Shown here: piece by piece, positions 26,401 to 35,296 of the stretch
Position numbering within the stretch: the stretch's first letter is position 1
Layout of the letters: the number at the start of each line of letters is the position of its first letter
From: Gammaproteobacteria bacterium
Lineage (GTDB): Bacteria > Pseudomonadota > Gammaproteobacteria > Arenicellales > JAANXG01
Length of the DNA stretch: 40,312 nucleotides
NCBI GenBank assembly: GCA_018263405.1
Contig: JAANXG010000076.1
Span: forward strand, 1-40,312
Direction: 5' to 3'
Notes under the pieces: model-generated
The model's input: the letters and a program-made list of their open reading frames with translations, nothing else
Told to the model about the DNA's origin: nothing
Databases searched by the model: none
Position numbers and translations under genes: made by a program

Positions 26401-28302
26401 GCTGAATCGCTCGACCACTTCCCGGGGATTAGTCGGGGCTTCGCTGTGCATGGCCATTCTGAAGTCGTGAATCCATGCCTGGCCCTCTTCAAGGCGCAGC
26501 CGGTACGGGCGCTCGGCGATAACACGCAAGCCCATGTTCTCCAACATTGGCAGTATGTCGGACAGTGGAATCAGATTCTTCGTATGGTATAGCCGCAAAC
26601 GCAGTGTATGCGGCGCATCGCCGGGAACGCGATACAAATCCATCTCGAGCGCTGAGCCTTCTCTGAGTTTTTCCAACGCGTCGATATCGCGGACCGCCAA
26701 TGCGACGGAAAATTCTTCCTGGTAGCCGGCGGAAAAAGCTTCCTGGTAACGGTGCAGCAACGCATTGCCGCTCTCTTCTCCATACTGATTTTTCAGGCCG
26801 CTGCCGAGTTTCTCCCGCCAACTGTGAGCCGCCTGGGCCAATTCGAGCTCAAGCGCTTTGAAGTCGACGTCCGTTTCCACTTTCGGATCCGTGTGGATCA
26901 AGAAATGGACGCGTGCCAGAGCCGATTCGTCGAGGTTTATGTTGAACTCTATCCGCTTGCCGTGGAACGCGTCCATGAGTATGTCTTCGAATCGTTTGCG
27001 CATTCGCGTGTCATAGCGGTCCCGCGGTAAAAATATGATGCAGGATACGAAGCGTCGATAGGGATCGATACGCGTGAACAAGCGCAGCCGCTGGCGTTCC
27101 TGCAGATGCAAAATGCCGGTAACGTGCTGGTTGAGCTGCTCGGCGGCGATCTGCATCAACTCATCGCGGGGATAGTTTTTCAGGATCGTTTGCAGGGTCT
27201 TATCCGAGTGGCTGTTCTTCTGCAGGCCAGAACGCTCCGTGACGTACTGGAGGTTGCGGCGGATGATGGGGATTTTATACGGGTCACAGGAATAGACGTT
27301 CGACGTGTAAAGCCCCATGAAACGGAACTCGCCGATGACATTGCCGTCATCGTCAAAACGCTTGAAGCCAATGTAGTCGAGATAACCGGGGCGGTGTACC
27401 GTCGACCGGGCGATGCCCTTGGTCAGCGTCAGAATCTTGGGTTCCCGGGCGAGGCGCCGCAGCTCCGCCGGCAGGTGCGCGAAGGACAAGGAGACCTTCT
27501 GGCATTTGTGTTCGCGGAGTATGCCCAGGCCGGAGTTTGGCACGATCGTCAGGACGTCGTCGCCGGATTCTTCGGCCTTGAGGTCGTACTCCCGGTAACC
27601 GAGAAACGTGAAATTATTCTTAGCCAGCCAGTCGAGGAACTCGCAGGCTTCGTTGACTTCGTCGGCCCCCAGGAAAGAATGTTCGGTCTGGAGTTCTTGT
27701 TTGATGCGAGGCACGCGGCCCACCATCGATTTCCAATCCGCGACTACGCACGCCACGTCCTGCAGTATTTTTTCCAGCTCCGATTGAAGCGATAGTAGAT
27801 TCTTTTCAGAGGTTTCACAGTCGATTTCAATGTGCAAAAAGGACTCGGCCCGCGCACCTTCATGGCCGGCGTCCACGAACGCCCGTAAATTACCCTCTGT
27901 ATCCCGCAGCACGCGAACCAGCGGGTGGATGGTCAGATGGATGGTCAAGCCGAGGCGGTTCAGGACAATGCCCACAGAGTCCACCAGAAAAGGCATGTCG
28001 TCGGTCACCACTTCCACTATCGTGTGGGTGGATTGCCATCCATGGGTGGCGATGGTGGGATTGAAAATCCGTATTAGCGGCTGACCGGGTGCGCGCTGTT
28101 GGGTAAATTCCGCGTGGCCGATCGCCATGGCCCTGAGACTATCGACATCCCGTTCCACCATATCCTCAGGGGGGACGTCACTGAAGTAGCACTTGAGAAA
28201 CCTATCGACGCCGGCGAAGATTGCTTCCTTGGGCGCTTCTCTCAGAATCTGCTCCACGAGTTTTTGCCGTTGTGTCTGGTTATAGTCTTGCAGCGCGCTC
28301 AC
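23467..28302 (-). CDS. gdhB: NAD-specific glutamate dehydrogenase, large (~180 kDa) class
   Basis: Single 1611-aa ORF with the size and architecture of the Pseudomonas/Streptomyces giant NAD-GDH family. The central catalytic region contains 'GGLRWSDR', 'VPVGAKGGFV' and 'GIGDMGGDVFGNGML'. Confidence 0.93.
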   Translation of the reverse strand: MSALQDYNQTQRQKLVEQILREAPKEAIFAGVDRFLKCYFSDVPPEDMVERDVDSLRAMAIGHAEFTQQRAPGQPLIRIFNPTIATHGWQSTHTIVEVVTDDMPFLVDSVGIVLNRLGLTIHLTIHPLVRVLRDTEGNLRAFVDAGHEGARAESFLHIEIDCETSEKNLLSLQSELEKILQDVACVVADWKSMVGRVPRIKQELQTEHSFLGADEVNEACEFLDWLAKNNFTFLGYREYDLKAEESGDDVLTIVPNSGLGILREHKCQKVSLSFAHLPAELRRLAREPKILTLTKGIARSTVHRPGYLDYIGFKRFDDDGNVIGEFRFMGLYTSNVYSCDPYKIPIIRRNLQYVTERSGLQKNSHSDKTLQTILKNYPRDELMQIAAEQLNQHVTGILHLQERQRLRLFTRIDPYRRFVSCIIFLPRDRYDTRMRKRFEDILMDAFHGKRIEFNINLDESALARVHFLIHTDPKVETDVDFKALELELAQAAHSWREKLGSGLKNQYGEESGNALLHRYQEAFSAGYQEEFSVALAVRDIDALEKLREGSALEMDLYRVPGDAPHTLRLRLYHTKNLIPLSDILPMLENMGLRVIAERPYRLRLEEGQAWIHDFRMAMHSEAPTNPREVVERFSDAIVGVYQGEIENDGFNRLVLEADLNWRQAMVLRALCRYLLQLGVPFSQAYIENTLSHNGAIAKALVEFFEARFNPHRTSNEARLNGLKTEIQELINDVGSLDEDRILSLYLSVILAALRTNYYQKDEDGKPSSYLVIKLNPEDISAAPKPRPNFEIFVYAPWVEGVHLRGGKVARGGLRWSDRRADFRTEILGLMKAQMVKNAVIVPVGAKGGFVVKQQPSNPDALKDEVVRCYSTFIQGLLDLTDNRVESEIVPPRNTVRYDDDDPYLVVAADKGTATFSDIANGIAVKNNFWLGDAFASGGSVGYDHKTMGITARGAWESVKRHFRELGKDCQVEPFTVIGIGDMGGDVFGNGMLLSRQIKLVAAFNHLHIFIDPDPDPESSFRERERLFNLPRSGWTDYDTDLISEGGGVYKRSAKSINLSEQARKVLDVQRSVLTPNELMSVIVKAPVELFWNGGIGTFVKSRNETHADAGDRANDAIRANGTDLRCKVVGEGGNLGFTQLGRIEFARKGGLIYTDSIDNSGGVDCSDHEVNIKTLLSHVVAEGNMDMDERNALLHEMTDEVASLVLNNNYRQGQAISISNYQRRERFDSYVRLMRALERKGLLDRDLEYLPSKDLIKERQNEHEGLCKPELAILLSYVKIDVYQRLLASDAPEDPWLSTDLQRYFPNVLSKRHETGMEYHPLRREIIATHLTNSLVNSAGFTIVQRYCDELGYSIDNLFRAYAAARDIFDLPTYRRDIESLDNKVATDVQMEMLLEGGRLIERAAAWLLQNAELPLDISKAVEQFREGIETIRTDLYELVVEPHRDGLMAKAGQLEKHGVPPEAARRCASLGALLSGLDIIEAASSCNKNLEQIAKLYFRLGNRFELYWLREQLSQLEVGRHWQRRAQDGLYWDLYRYQHLLTLDVANSTGNGIGDIENAIAVWVENNHHRYERLRAVLSELTDTDKPDFAMITVGARELKRLVDHVSIGS

Positions 28303-28505
28303 AAATCCCCCTTTGGAACGGTTGTCATTACTCTGTTGAGTATAAGGCGATACAGTGAATTTATCGACTGGCGGGGCTTCGATACGTGCCAGTACCCGTC
28401 AAGATCGGCTTGAAGGAATTCTACGCTCCACCTCCCCACAGAGCTTGTTGTGGAACAACACGTGGAGGGTCGTCCGTTACCGTCCATGAACTCCTTTGCG
28501 TGGGT

Positions 28506-30134
28506 CTACAGTTTCCGCGCCCGTTCGCGGAGCGCGAATTTCTGAATCTTGCCGGTGGCGGTTTTGGGCAACTCGTCGAAAATCACCGTTTTGGGCGTTT
28601 TGAAATGCGCGAGACGTTTCCGGCAGAAATCGACAACGTCCTGCTCGCTCGTCTCGGTGCCGTTTTTTAAGGTTACGAAAGCGCACGGCGTTTCCCCCCA
28701 GTAATCGTCGGGTCGGGCCACCACGGCGGCCTCGATGATGGAAGGATGCGAATACAGAGCGTTTTCGACTTCCACGCTGGAAATGTTCTCACCGCCGGAG
28801 ATAATGATGTCTTTGGCGCGGTCGGTTACTTGCACGTAGCCGTCGGAGTGCCACACGGCGAGGTCCCCGCTGTGGAACCAGCCGCGGTCGAGGGCGGTTT
28901 GGGTGGCGGATTGATTTTTGAGGTAGCCCTTCATCACAGTATTACCCCGTAACAGGATTTCCCCCACTGTTTTTCCGTCCATTGGAACGGGTTCACCGGT
29001 GTCTCCGTCCGCCACACGATAATCTTCAATCATGAAAGTATTGACCCCCTGCCGAGCCATTATCCGTGCCTGCTCGGCGTCCGGGTGTGCGTCCCAGTCC
29101 TCGTGGCGGGCGCACACCATGGAGGGTCCGTAGGTTTCGGTGAGCCCGTATAAGTGCGTGACCCGCATCCCCAGCTCGCGCATACCGGCGATGACCGACT
29201 CCGGCGGGGGTGCTCCACCGGTGGCCACTTCAACCGTCCGAACGGGTTTGGCGAGTCGCGCCTCGGCGTTGTTCAGGAGCATGTTCAAGACGATCGGTGC
29301 GCCGCACATGTGCGTAACGTCGTGTGCGGCGATCAGGTTGAATATGCTGGGTGCGTCAACCTTGCGCAAGCAGACATGGGTGCCGGCCATCGCGGTCACC
29401 GTCCAGGGAAAACACCACCCATTGCAATGGAACATCGGTAAGGTCCATAGATAGATGGGATGCAATCCCATATTCCAGCTCAAGGCATTGCTGATGGTAT
29501 TCAGATACGCACCGCGGTGGTGGTATACAACCCCCTTGGGGTCACCGGTCGTGCCCGATGTGTAGTTCAGGGAGATCGCCTGCCACTCGTCTTCGGGCGG
29601 GGAACAGGGAAAGTTCGGATCGGCTTTTTCGAGCAGGTCTTCGTAGCGGAGTTCGTGAAAGCGCCCCTCCTCGGCGCGGGGGTCGTCGATCTCCACCAGC
29701 ACCGGCGGCTGTTCCAGTCCGTCCAGCGCCGTTAGCGCCGTAGCCGCTAGATCGCGGTCGACGATGAACACCTTGGCCCCGGAATGTTGCAGTTGAAAAC
29801 GGACGCTCGCCGGGTCCAGGCGTACGTTGATGGCGTTCAGAACGCCGCCGGTCATGGGTACGGCAAAATGGGCCTCCAGTAGGGGAGGTATGTTGGGGGC
29901 CAGGATCGACACGGTGTCGCCTTCGCCGATACCCTGTTCCCCGAGCGCCGCCGCCAGGCGCCGGCATCGTTCATAAGTCTGTCCCCAGGTGTAGCGCCGC
30001 TCGCCATAGATGACCGCTGTCTGCTGCGGGTAAACGGAGGCTGTCCGCCGCAGCAAACTGATGGGAGACAATGCGGTGTAGTTGGCGTAGGTTTTGGGCA
30101 GATCGGTCTCGAATGAGTTGCGCGCTACAGTCAT
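28506..30134 (-). CDS. Medium-chain acyl-CoA synthetase (AMP-forming; DmdB/AAE-like)
   Basis: 'YTSGTTGDPKGVVYHHRGAY', 'YGLTETYGP' and the C-terminal 'TATGKIQKF'. ATG 30134 gives the usual N-terminus ('...YANYTALSPISLLRR'), whereas the ORF-track start at 30350 adds 72 aa. The DmdB-type substrate assignment is only a guess. Confidence 0.88.
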   Translation of the reverse strand: MTVARNSFETDLPKTYANYTALSPISLLRRTASVYPQQTAVIYGERRYTWGQTYERCRRLAAALGEQGIGEGDTVSILAPNIPPLLEAHFAVPMTGGVLNAINVRLDPASVRFQLQHSGAKVFIVDRDLAATALTALDGLEQPPVLVEIDDPRAEEGRFHELRYEDLLEKADPNFPCSPPEDEWQAISLNYTSGTTGDPKGVVYHHRGAYLNTISNALSWNMGLHPIYLWTLPMFHCNGWCFPWTVTAMAGTHVCLRKVDAPSIFNLIAAHDVTHMCGAPIVLNMLLNNAEARLAKPVRTVEVATGGAPPPESVIAGMRELGMRVTHLYGLTETYGPSMVCARHEDWDAHPDAEQARIMARQGVNTFMIEDYRVADGDTGEPVPMDGKTVGEILLRGNTVMKGYLKNQSATQTALDRGWFHSGDLAVWHSDGYVQVTDRAKDIIISGGENISSVEVENALYSHPSIIEAAVVARPDDYWGETPCAFVTLKNGTETSEQDVVDFCRKRLAHFKTPKTVIFDELPKTATGKIQKFALRERARKL

Positions 30135-30329
30135 GGAAGATAAACCGGTCACGTGGATATTCCACGAATATATCGCAAATTCCACGCCTGACTCCAAGGT
30201 GACCGTGCTGAATGCGACAATATCGTCTCGAAGGCGCTCCGGCAGCGTTTCCTGCATTACTAAACAACGTATGCAGCCCAGGTCTGTCCGGAGCTTTGTT
30301 ATGATGAGCCGATTCAAATAGAGCAGGAG

Positions 30330-31739
30330 ATGTGTTCGGTGTCCCCGCAATTACTGGAGCAATTGATTCAGTGCCTGGGCAAAAGCGCCGTGCTGGATCA
30401 TCCGTCGGTCCAGGAGGCTTATCTAATCGACCAGCGCGGTTACTACCGGGGCGCTGCGTCCGCCGTAGTGCGTCCGGCCTCGACGAAGCAGGTCGCCGAA
30501 ATCGTCATGATCGCGCGGCAGTTCGGTGTCTCGGTCGTGCCCCAGGGCGGCAACACGGGTTTGTGCGGCGGGGCCACGCCCGATGACAGCGGGTCGCAAC
30601 TGATTTTGAGCCTGGAGAAACTGAATACGATACGGGATGTTGACACCGTCGATTACTCCATGATGGTGGAAGCGGGTGTCATTTTGCAGAATATTCTTGA
30701 TACGGCGTGTGACCATGATTTATTTTTCCCGCTTGACCTGGCCGCCAAGGGTAGTTGCCAAATCGGCGGCAACCTGGCGACGAATGCCGGCGGCATCAAT
30801 GTGCTGCGCTATGGCAACGCCCGGGATTTGGTTCTCGGGTTGGAAGTCGTCCTGGCGGACGGATCGATCTGGAACGGTTTGTCTAACCTGCGAAAGGACA
30901 ACACGGGTTATGACCTGAAGCAATTGTTTCTCGGCTCGGAGGGTACCCTGGGCATTATTACGGCCGCCGTACTTAAACTGTTCCCCAGCCCCATGAACCG
31001 AAAGACCGCCATGCTCGTGGTTTCCAATCCGAAAGCGGCGTGCCGACTGCTCGGAACCGTGCGATCGATCTCCGGAGATGCCGTGGTGTCCTTTGAATAC
31101 ATTGGCCGCGAGGCCATGGAATGCGTGCTTTCCGGCATGAACGTGACAGACCCGTTTAACAAACGGTACGAGCACTATGTTCTGATTGAATTGGCAAGTG
31201 CCGCGGGAGGGGGAATTCTGGATGGAATGCTGGAACAGATTATGGAGCAGGGGATGGGAAGCCACGGGATAGTGGATGGCGTTTTGGCACAGAACGAACG
31301 CCAGCGGGAGGCGCTTTGGCACATCCGGGAATTGATTTCCGAGGCACAGAAGGGCTCCGTTAAGAACGACGTGTCGGTGCCTATATCCCGCTTGCCGCAA
31401 TTCCTGGAGAAGGCCGCCCAGTGCGTGGAGGCTACGTCACCGGGTTCCAGGCCTTGCCCCTTCGGCCATATTGGCGACGGCAACGTTCACTATAATATTC
31501 TTGCCCCGCAATCCGAAGAGCCGGCCGATTTCAGAGCGCGTAGCGGAGAGGCGCTTATCGCGGCTGTGACCGATCTGGCAATGAGTATGGATGGCAGCTT
31601 CAGCGCCGAGCACGGAATCGGCCAACTGCGCCTCGGTATGATGGAGCGCTATAAATCGCCCGAAGCCCTGGGTTTAATGAAGAAGCTCAAACGCTCAATG
31701 GACCCGGCCGGTGTCTTGAATCCCGGCAAAATCGTCTGA
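30330..31739 (+). CDS. FAD-linked oxidase (GlcD / D-2-hydroxyacid dehydrogenase-like)
   Basis: PCMH-type FAD-binding region 'VVPQGGNTGLCGGATP', plus 'GSEGTLGIIT' and the C-terminal 'DP.GVLNPGK'. Confidence 0.85.
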   Translation: MCSVSPQLLEQLIQCLGKSAVLDHPSVQEAYLIDQRGYYRGAASAVVRPASTKQVAEIVMIARQFGVSVVPQGGNTGLCGGATPDDSGSQLILSLEKLNTIRDVDTVDYSMMVEAGVILQNILDTACDHDLFFPLDLAAKGSCQIGGNLATNAGGINVLRYGNARDLVLGLEVVLADGSIWNGLSNLRKDNTGYDLKQLFLGSEGTLGIITAAVLKLFPSPMNRKTAMLVVSNPKAACRLLGTVRSISGDAVVSFEYIGREAMECVLSGMNVTDPFNKRYEHYVLIELASAAGGGILDGMLEQIMEQGMGSHGIVDGVLAQNERQREALWHIRELISEAQKGSVKNDVSVPISRLPQFLEKAAQCVEATSPGSRPCPFGHIGDGNVHYNILAPQSEEPADFRARSGEALIAAVTDLAMSMDGSFSAEHGIGQLRLGMMERYKSPEALGLMKKLKRSMDPAGVLNPGKIV

Positions 31740-31771
31740 TCTTGTTACAACGGCAAGCGGATCCCATCCGA

Positions 31772-32428
31772 TCAATAGTCCGCGCCGGATCCATTGATCA
31801 CGGCACTGACTTCGCTGAAATGCATGCTGAAATATTCAGCGATGTCTTTGAGGCTAAAACTCCCGGACCGATATGCTTCAGCGATTGCGCCCCGTTTGCT
31901 GGAGTGCATGCCGGCGATTTCTCCTAGAGAATCGCGTCGATGCGATTGTGGTACGAGCTCGGCGGAGCAGCTCGTCAACAAACCAAACATCTTTTCGGCC
32001 CAGGGACGCTCCCCCATGAAAATACCGAAGTGGATTTCCGGCAGGACGGTTCGATCTTTGCCGTTGCGCGCCGTTGCGAGTTGCCCGCCCGGGTTATTGC
32101 GGTCGTGAATGTAGCAGACAATCCGGGGCAGGGCGACATTGGGTTGCACGAGGTACAACCGATGATAATGTACGTTCTCTAACAGCGCCGAGAGACCGTC
32201 TTCCAGGTTGTCGGTCGTTGTTCCGAACAGCAGACGGACTGCTCCGAGATCGTAACCGGCAGCAAAAACTTCCCAGCCTAATTCTTTACTAGCGCCGCGT
32301 ACGGCTTCCAGCCGGGCGGCTCTATCTTTCACCCTGCTCAACTGGATGACCGGCCTCCAAAACAAGTAGTAATAAGTATTGGGCAGGTCAAGTTTGACTT
32401 CCACGACACTGATTCCATCCGGTGCCAT
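31772..32428 (-). CDS. Hypothetical protein: degenerate Y1 (IS200/RAYT-like) transposase-like N-terminus with a C-terminal HTH
   Basis: The C-terminal 'RGAIAEAYRSGSFSLKDIAEYFSMHFSEVSAVI' matches the HTH tail I recall on a subgroup of Y1-transposase-like proteins. The N-terminal half aligns loosely with the Y1 fold, but the HUH histidines are absent ('GAVRLLFGT' where 'NH.HLL.TP' is expected). The assignment is tentative. Confidence 0.45.
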   Translation of the reverse strand: MAPDGISVVEVKLDLPNTYYYLFWRPVIQLSRVKDRAARLEAVRGASKELGWEVFAAGYDLGAVRLLFGTTTDNLEDGLSALLENVHYHRLYLVQPNVALPRIVCYIHDRNNPGGQLATARNGKDRTVLPEIHFGIFMGERPWAEKMFGLLTSCSAELVPQSHRRDSLGEIAGMHSSKRGAIAEAYRSGSFSLKDIAEYFSMHFSEVSAVINGSGADY

Positions 32429-32612
32429 TGCGATTCCCTATTTATTGAGTGGCCACTATTTCGTATCACGCTTTGCGGGGATACTAACAAGAGGCCCCGG
32501 GTTCGAGCATCACCCGGATTGATGAATTAGGGGGTGTTCGAAGCGACTTTTTGAATGTTCAGGCGGGGTCCGGCCCCCGCTCATGCCATTACGCCGGTTG
32601 TCCGTGGAACGA

Positions 32613-34130
32613 TCAGCCGCTGCCGGATTTGAAATGAAACTCCGCGCCGTCCTTGATGCCCGACGGCCACCGGGCGGTGACGGTTTTCAATCGCGTATAA
32701 AAACGCACCCCTTCGGGGCCGTGGATATGGTGGTCGCCGAACAACGAGCGTTTCCAGCCTCCGAAACTGTGGTAAGCGACCGGCACGGGTATCGGGACAT
32801 TGACCCCGATCATCCCTATCCGGGCTCGGTGGGTGAAATTGCGGGCGCAGTCGCCGTCGCGCGTGAAGATTGCCGCGCCATTTCCGTACTCGTGGTCGTT
32901 GACAAGCCGTAGCGCTTCCTCATAGGTCCCCGCCCGGATGATACTCAGCACCGGCCCGAAGATTTCCTCTTTATAAATACGCATGTCTTCAGTGACGTGG
33001 TCGAACAGGCAGCCCCCCAGGTAGGCACCATCCTCGTAGCTTGGCACCTCGATGTCGCGACCGTCGATCACCAGTTTTGCGCCTTCCTCAATGCCCGTGT
33101 CGACGTAACCGCGTACTTTTTCGAGGTGTTGGGGTGTAACCAGCGGACCCATATCCGTGCTCGAATCGGTGTACGGTCCGACTTTTAGTTCGCGCACCCG
33201 CGGCTCCAGTCGCCGCACGACTTCGTCCCCTGTTTCATCACCCACGGTCACCAGCACCGAGATCGCCATGCACCGTTCTCCGGCCGAACCGTACCCGGCG
33301 CCCATCGCGGCGTCGGTGACCTGGTCCATGTCGGCGTCGGGCATGATGACCATGTGGTTCTTGGCGCCGCACAGCGCCTGGACGCGCTTGCCGTGAGCGG
33401 AACCGGTTGCGTAAACATATTCGCCGATGGCCGTGGAACCCACAAAGCTGATGCCTTCGACGCGGTGATCGGTCAACAATGTATCCACCGCTTCCTTGTC
33501 GCCCATAATTACGTTAAACACGCCGTCAGGCAGGCCCGCCTCCTGCATGAGTTCGGCCAATTTCAATGAACATGACGGATCCTTTTCGGAGGGCTTGAGA
33601 ACGAACGTGTTGCCGCAGGCGATGGCCACGGGAAACATCCACATGGGCACCATGGCGGGAAAGTTAAATGGTGTGATTCCCGCACAAACGCCGAGTGGCT
33701 GGCGCGTGGCGTAGCTGTCGACGCCGCTGGCGACGCCCTCGCTATACTCGCCTTTCAGCAATTGTGGAATGCCGCAGGCGAATTCCACGACTTCCAGGCC
33801 CCGAGTAACTGAACCCTTGGCATCCTCCAGGGTTTTGCCATGTTCGCTCGATACGAGCTGGGCGAGATTATCCATGTTCTGCCGAATGAGATCACGGAAC
33901 GCGAACATGACCTGGGAGCGTTTGGCCGGCGGCGTTGCCGCCCAGCCCGGGAATGCGTGCGCGGCGACGGCGATAGCCCGTTCTACTTCGCCTTTGCCGG
34001 CGAAAGGTACGTGCTTAGCGACCCGGCCGGTTGCAGGATCGTAGACATCCCCGTTGCGGCCGCTGCCGCCGCTAACCTTGTTGCCGCCGATGTAATGGTA
34101 CAGGGAATACACTTTGGGCTCGGTAGTCAT
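32613..34130 (-). CDS. mmsA: CoA-acylating methylmalonate-semialdehyde dehydrogenase
   Basis: 505 aa. 'ITPFNFPAMVPMWMFP', 'VLKPSEKDP', catalytic Cys region 'AGERCMA' and the C-terminal 'RFYT..K.VT.RW', typical of MmsA. Confidence 0.93.
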   Translation of the reverse strand: MTTEPKVYSLYHYIGGNKVSGGSGRNGDVYDPATGRVAKHVPFAGKGEVERAIAVAAHAFPGWAATPPAKRSQVMFAFRDLIRQNMDNLAQLVSSEHGKTLEDAKGSVTRGLEVVEFACGIPQLLKGEYSEGVASGVDSYATRQPLGVCAGITPFNFPAMVPMWMFPVAIACGNTFVLKPSEKDPSCSLKLAELMQEAGLPDGVFNVIMGDKEAVDTLLTDHRVEGISFVGSTAIGEYVYATGSAHGKRVQALCGAKNHMVIMPDADMDQVTDAAMGAGYGSAGERCMAISVLVTVGDETGDEVVRRLEPRVRELKVGPYTDSSTDMGPLVTPQHLEKVRGYVDTGIEEGAKLVIDGRDIEVPSYEDGAYLGGCLFDHVTEDMRIYKEEIFGPVLSIIRAGTYEEALRLVNDHEYGNGAAIFTRDGDCARNFTHRARIGMIGVNVPIPVPVAYHSFGGWKRSLFGDHHIHGPEGVRFYTRLKTVTARWPSGIKDGAEFHFKSGSG

Positions 34131-34362
34131 ACGGTGCCTCCTGGAATTCAGTTCACAATAAATCGTGGATGATCAGCCTGCTTTGAAGGGGTAGTAGCTC
34201 GTTGGAGTATAGTGTACCCCGTCACTGAGCCTGGGTTTTATATTCGGGGCAAAAAACCAGCATGATTTCGGATGGTATCCTCTCTTTGAGGACCATGGCG
34301 GTAAGGTGATCTGGAAAGGCCTACAAAATACCGGATACAAAACAAGGTTTTTAGGTAAGCGT

Positions 34363-34420
34363 GTAAGTTCAAAAAGTCCGTACAATGTTAGCGATGGTGT
34401 GGAGGCAGGGTTGTCTTTCG
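34363..34420 (-). mobile_element. Half copy (one arm) of the MITE
   Basis: GTAAGTTCAAAAAGTCCGTACAATGTTAGCGATGGTGTGGAGGCAGGGTTGTCTTTCG matches one arm of the element, of the subtype seen at 15151-15249. No partner arm follows. Confidence 0.6.
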
Positions 34421-34497
34421 GCCTATCTCGTGGTCCAAGTAGACAGATGGCCTTATCATCCCACGACAAAGTTGTGATATGCGAGGGTTAACTACGT

Positions 34498-35274
34498 ATG
34501 ACTTCCCAACCCGCCCAGCACGTCGCCAGTGACGAGCAACTGCTCCGATACAGCCGGCAGATATTCCTGCCGGAAATCGATGTAGAGGGGCAAAACCGCC
34601 TGTTGAATTCCAGCGTAGTGATCTTCGGCATGGGCGGGCTGGGTTCGCCGGCAAGCATTTATCTTGCTACCAGCGGCGTCGGGGAATTGGTTCTGGTGGA
34701 TCCGGACAAGGTTGAATTGTCGAATCTGCAGCGCCAGATTGTTCACATGAACAGCGCGCTGGGACAGCCGAAAGTCGATTCGGCGGAACGGACGTTGAAA
34801 GCCTTGAATCCTGATGTTTGTATCCGATCGCGCGATCAAGCGCTGCCGGATGACGAACTCGATGAAGTGGTTCGACAGTCGGATGTCGTGGTTGATGGGA
34901 CGGACAATTTCGAGGCGCGTTTTGCCATCAACGCTGCCTGTGTTCGAATCGGTAAACCGCTTGTTTCAGCGGCGGTGGTGCGCATGGAAGGTCAGGTCAG
35001 CGTTTACCGCCTGGATCGTTCGGATGCGCCCTGCTACGGGTGTCTGTATCGGAACATTGCCGAACCGCCGCAGAACTGTGCCGAGAACGGCGTGCTGGGT
35101 TCGGTTGCGGGGCTGTTGGGATGTATCCAGGCCACGGAAACGATCAAGGTACTGCTGAATTTCGGTGAACCACTGGATGGCCGCTTGTTGTTGATTGATG
35201 CCCGCACCATGGAATGGCAATCTGTGCGCTTGCAAAAAGATCCGAAATGCCCGGTCTGTGGACCGCCGGATTAA
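34498..35274 (+). CDS. moeB: Molybdopterin-synthase adenylyltransferase (ThiF/MoeB E1-like)
   Basis: 'LRYSRQI.LPE....GQ..L', nucleotide loop 'FGMGGLGS', 'LSNLQRQ', and zinc-site cysteines 'CYGC' and 'CPVCG'. Confidence 0.9.
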   Translation: MTSQPAQHVASDEQLLRYSRQIFLPEIDVEGQNRLLNSSVVIFGMGGLGSPASIYLATSGVGELVLVDPDKVELSNLQRQIVHMNSALGQPKVDSAERTLKALNPDVCIRSRDQALPDDELDEVVRQSDVVVDGTDNFEARFAINAACVRIGKPLVSAAVVRMEGQVSVYRLDRSDAPCYGCLYRNIAEPPQNCAENGVLGSVAGLLGCIQATETIKVLLNFGEPLDGRLLLIDARTMEWQSVRLQKDPKCPVCGPPD

Positions 35275-35296
35275 CCTCTTTATGCGATGAACGATC

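Noticed and set aside
32563-32580. GC-rich hairpin (GCGGGG-n6-CCCCGC) 33 nt downstream of the mmsA stop, considered as an intrinsic terminator
   Set aside because: The stem is only 6 bp and no U-tract follows it on the mmsA strand. That is insufficient to call a terminator.
34173-34469. 98-aa minus-strand ORF in the mmsA-moeB intergenic region
   Set aside because: It spans the MITE half copy and has no RBS or recognisable features. It is most likely non-coding promoter DNA.
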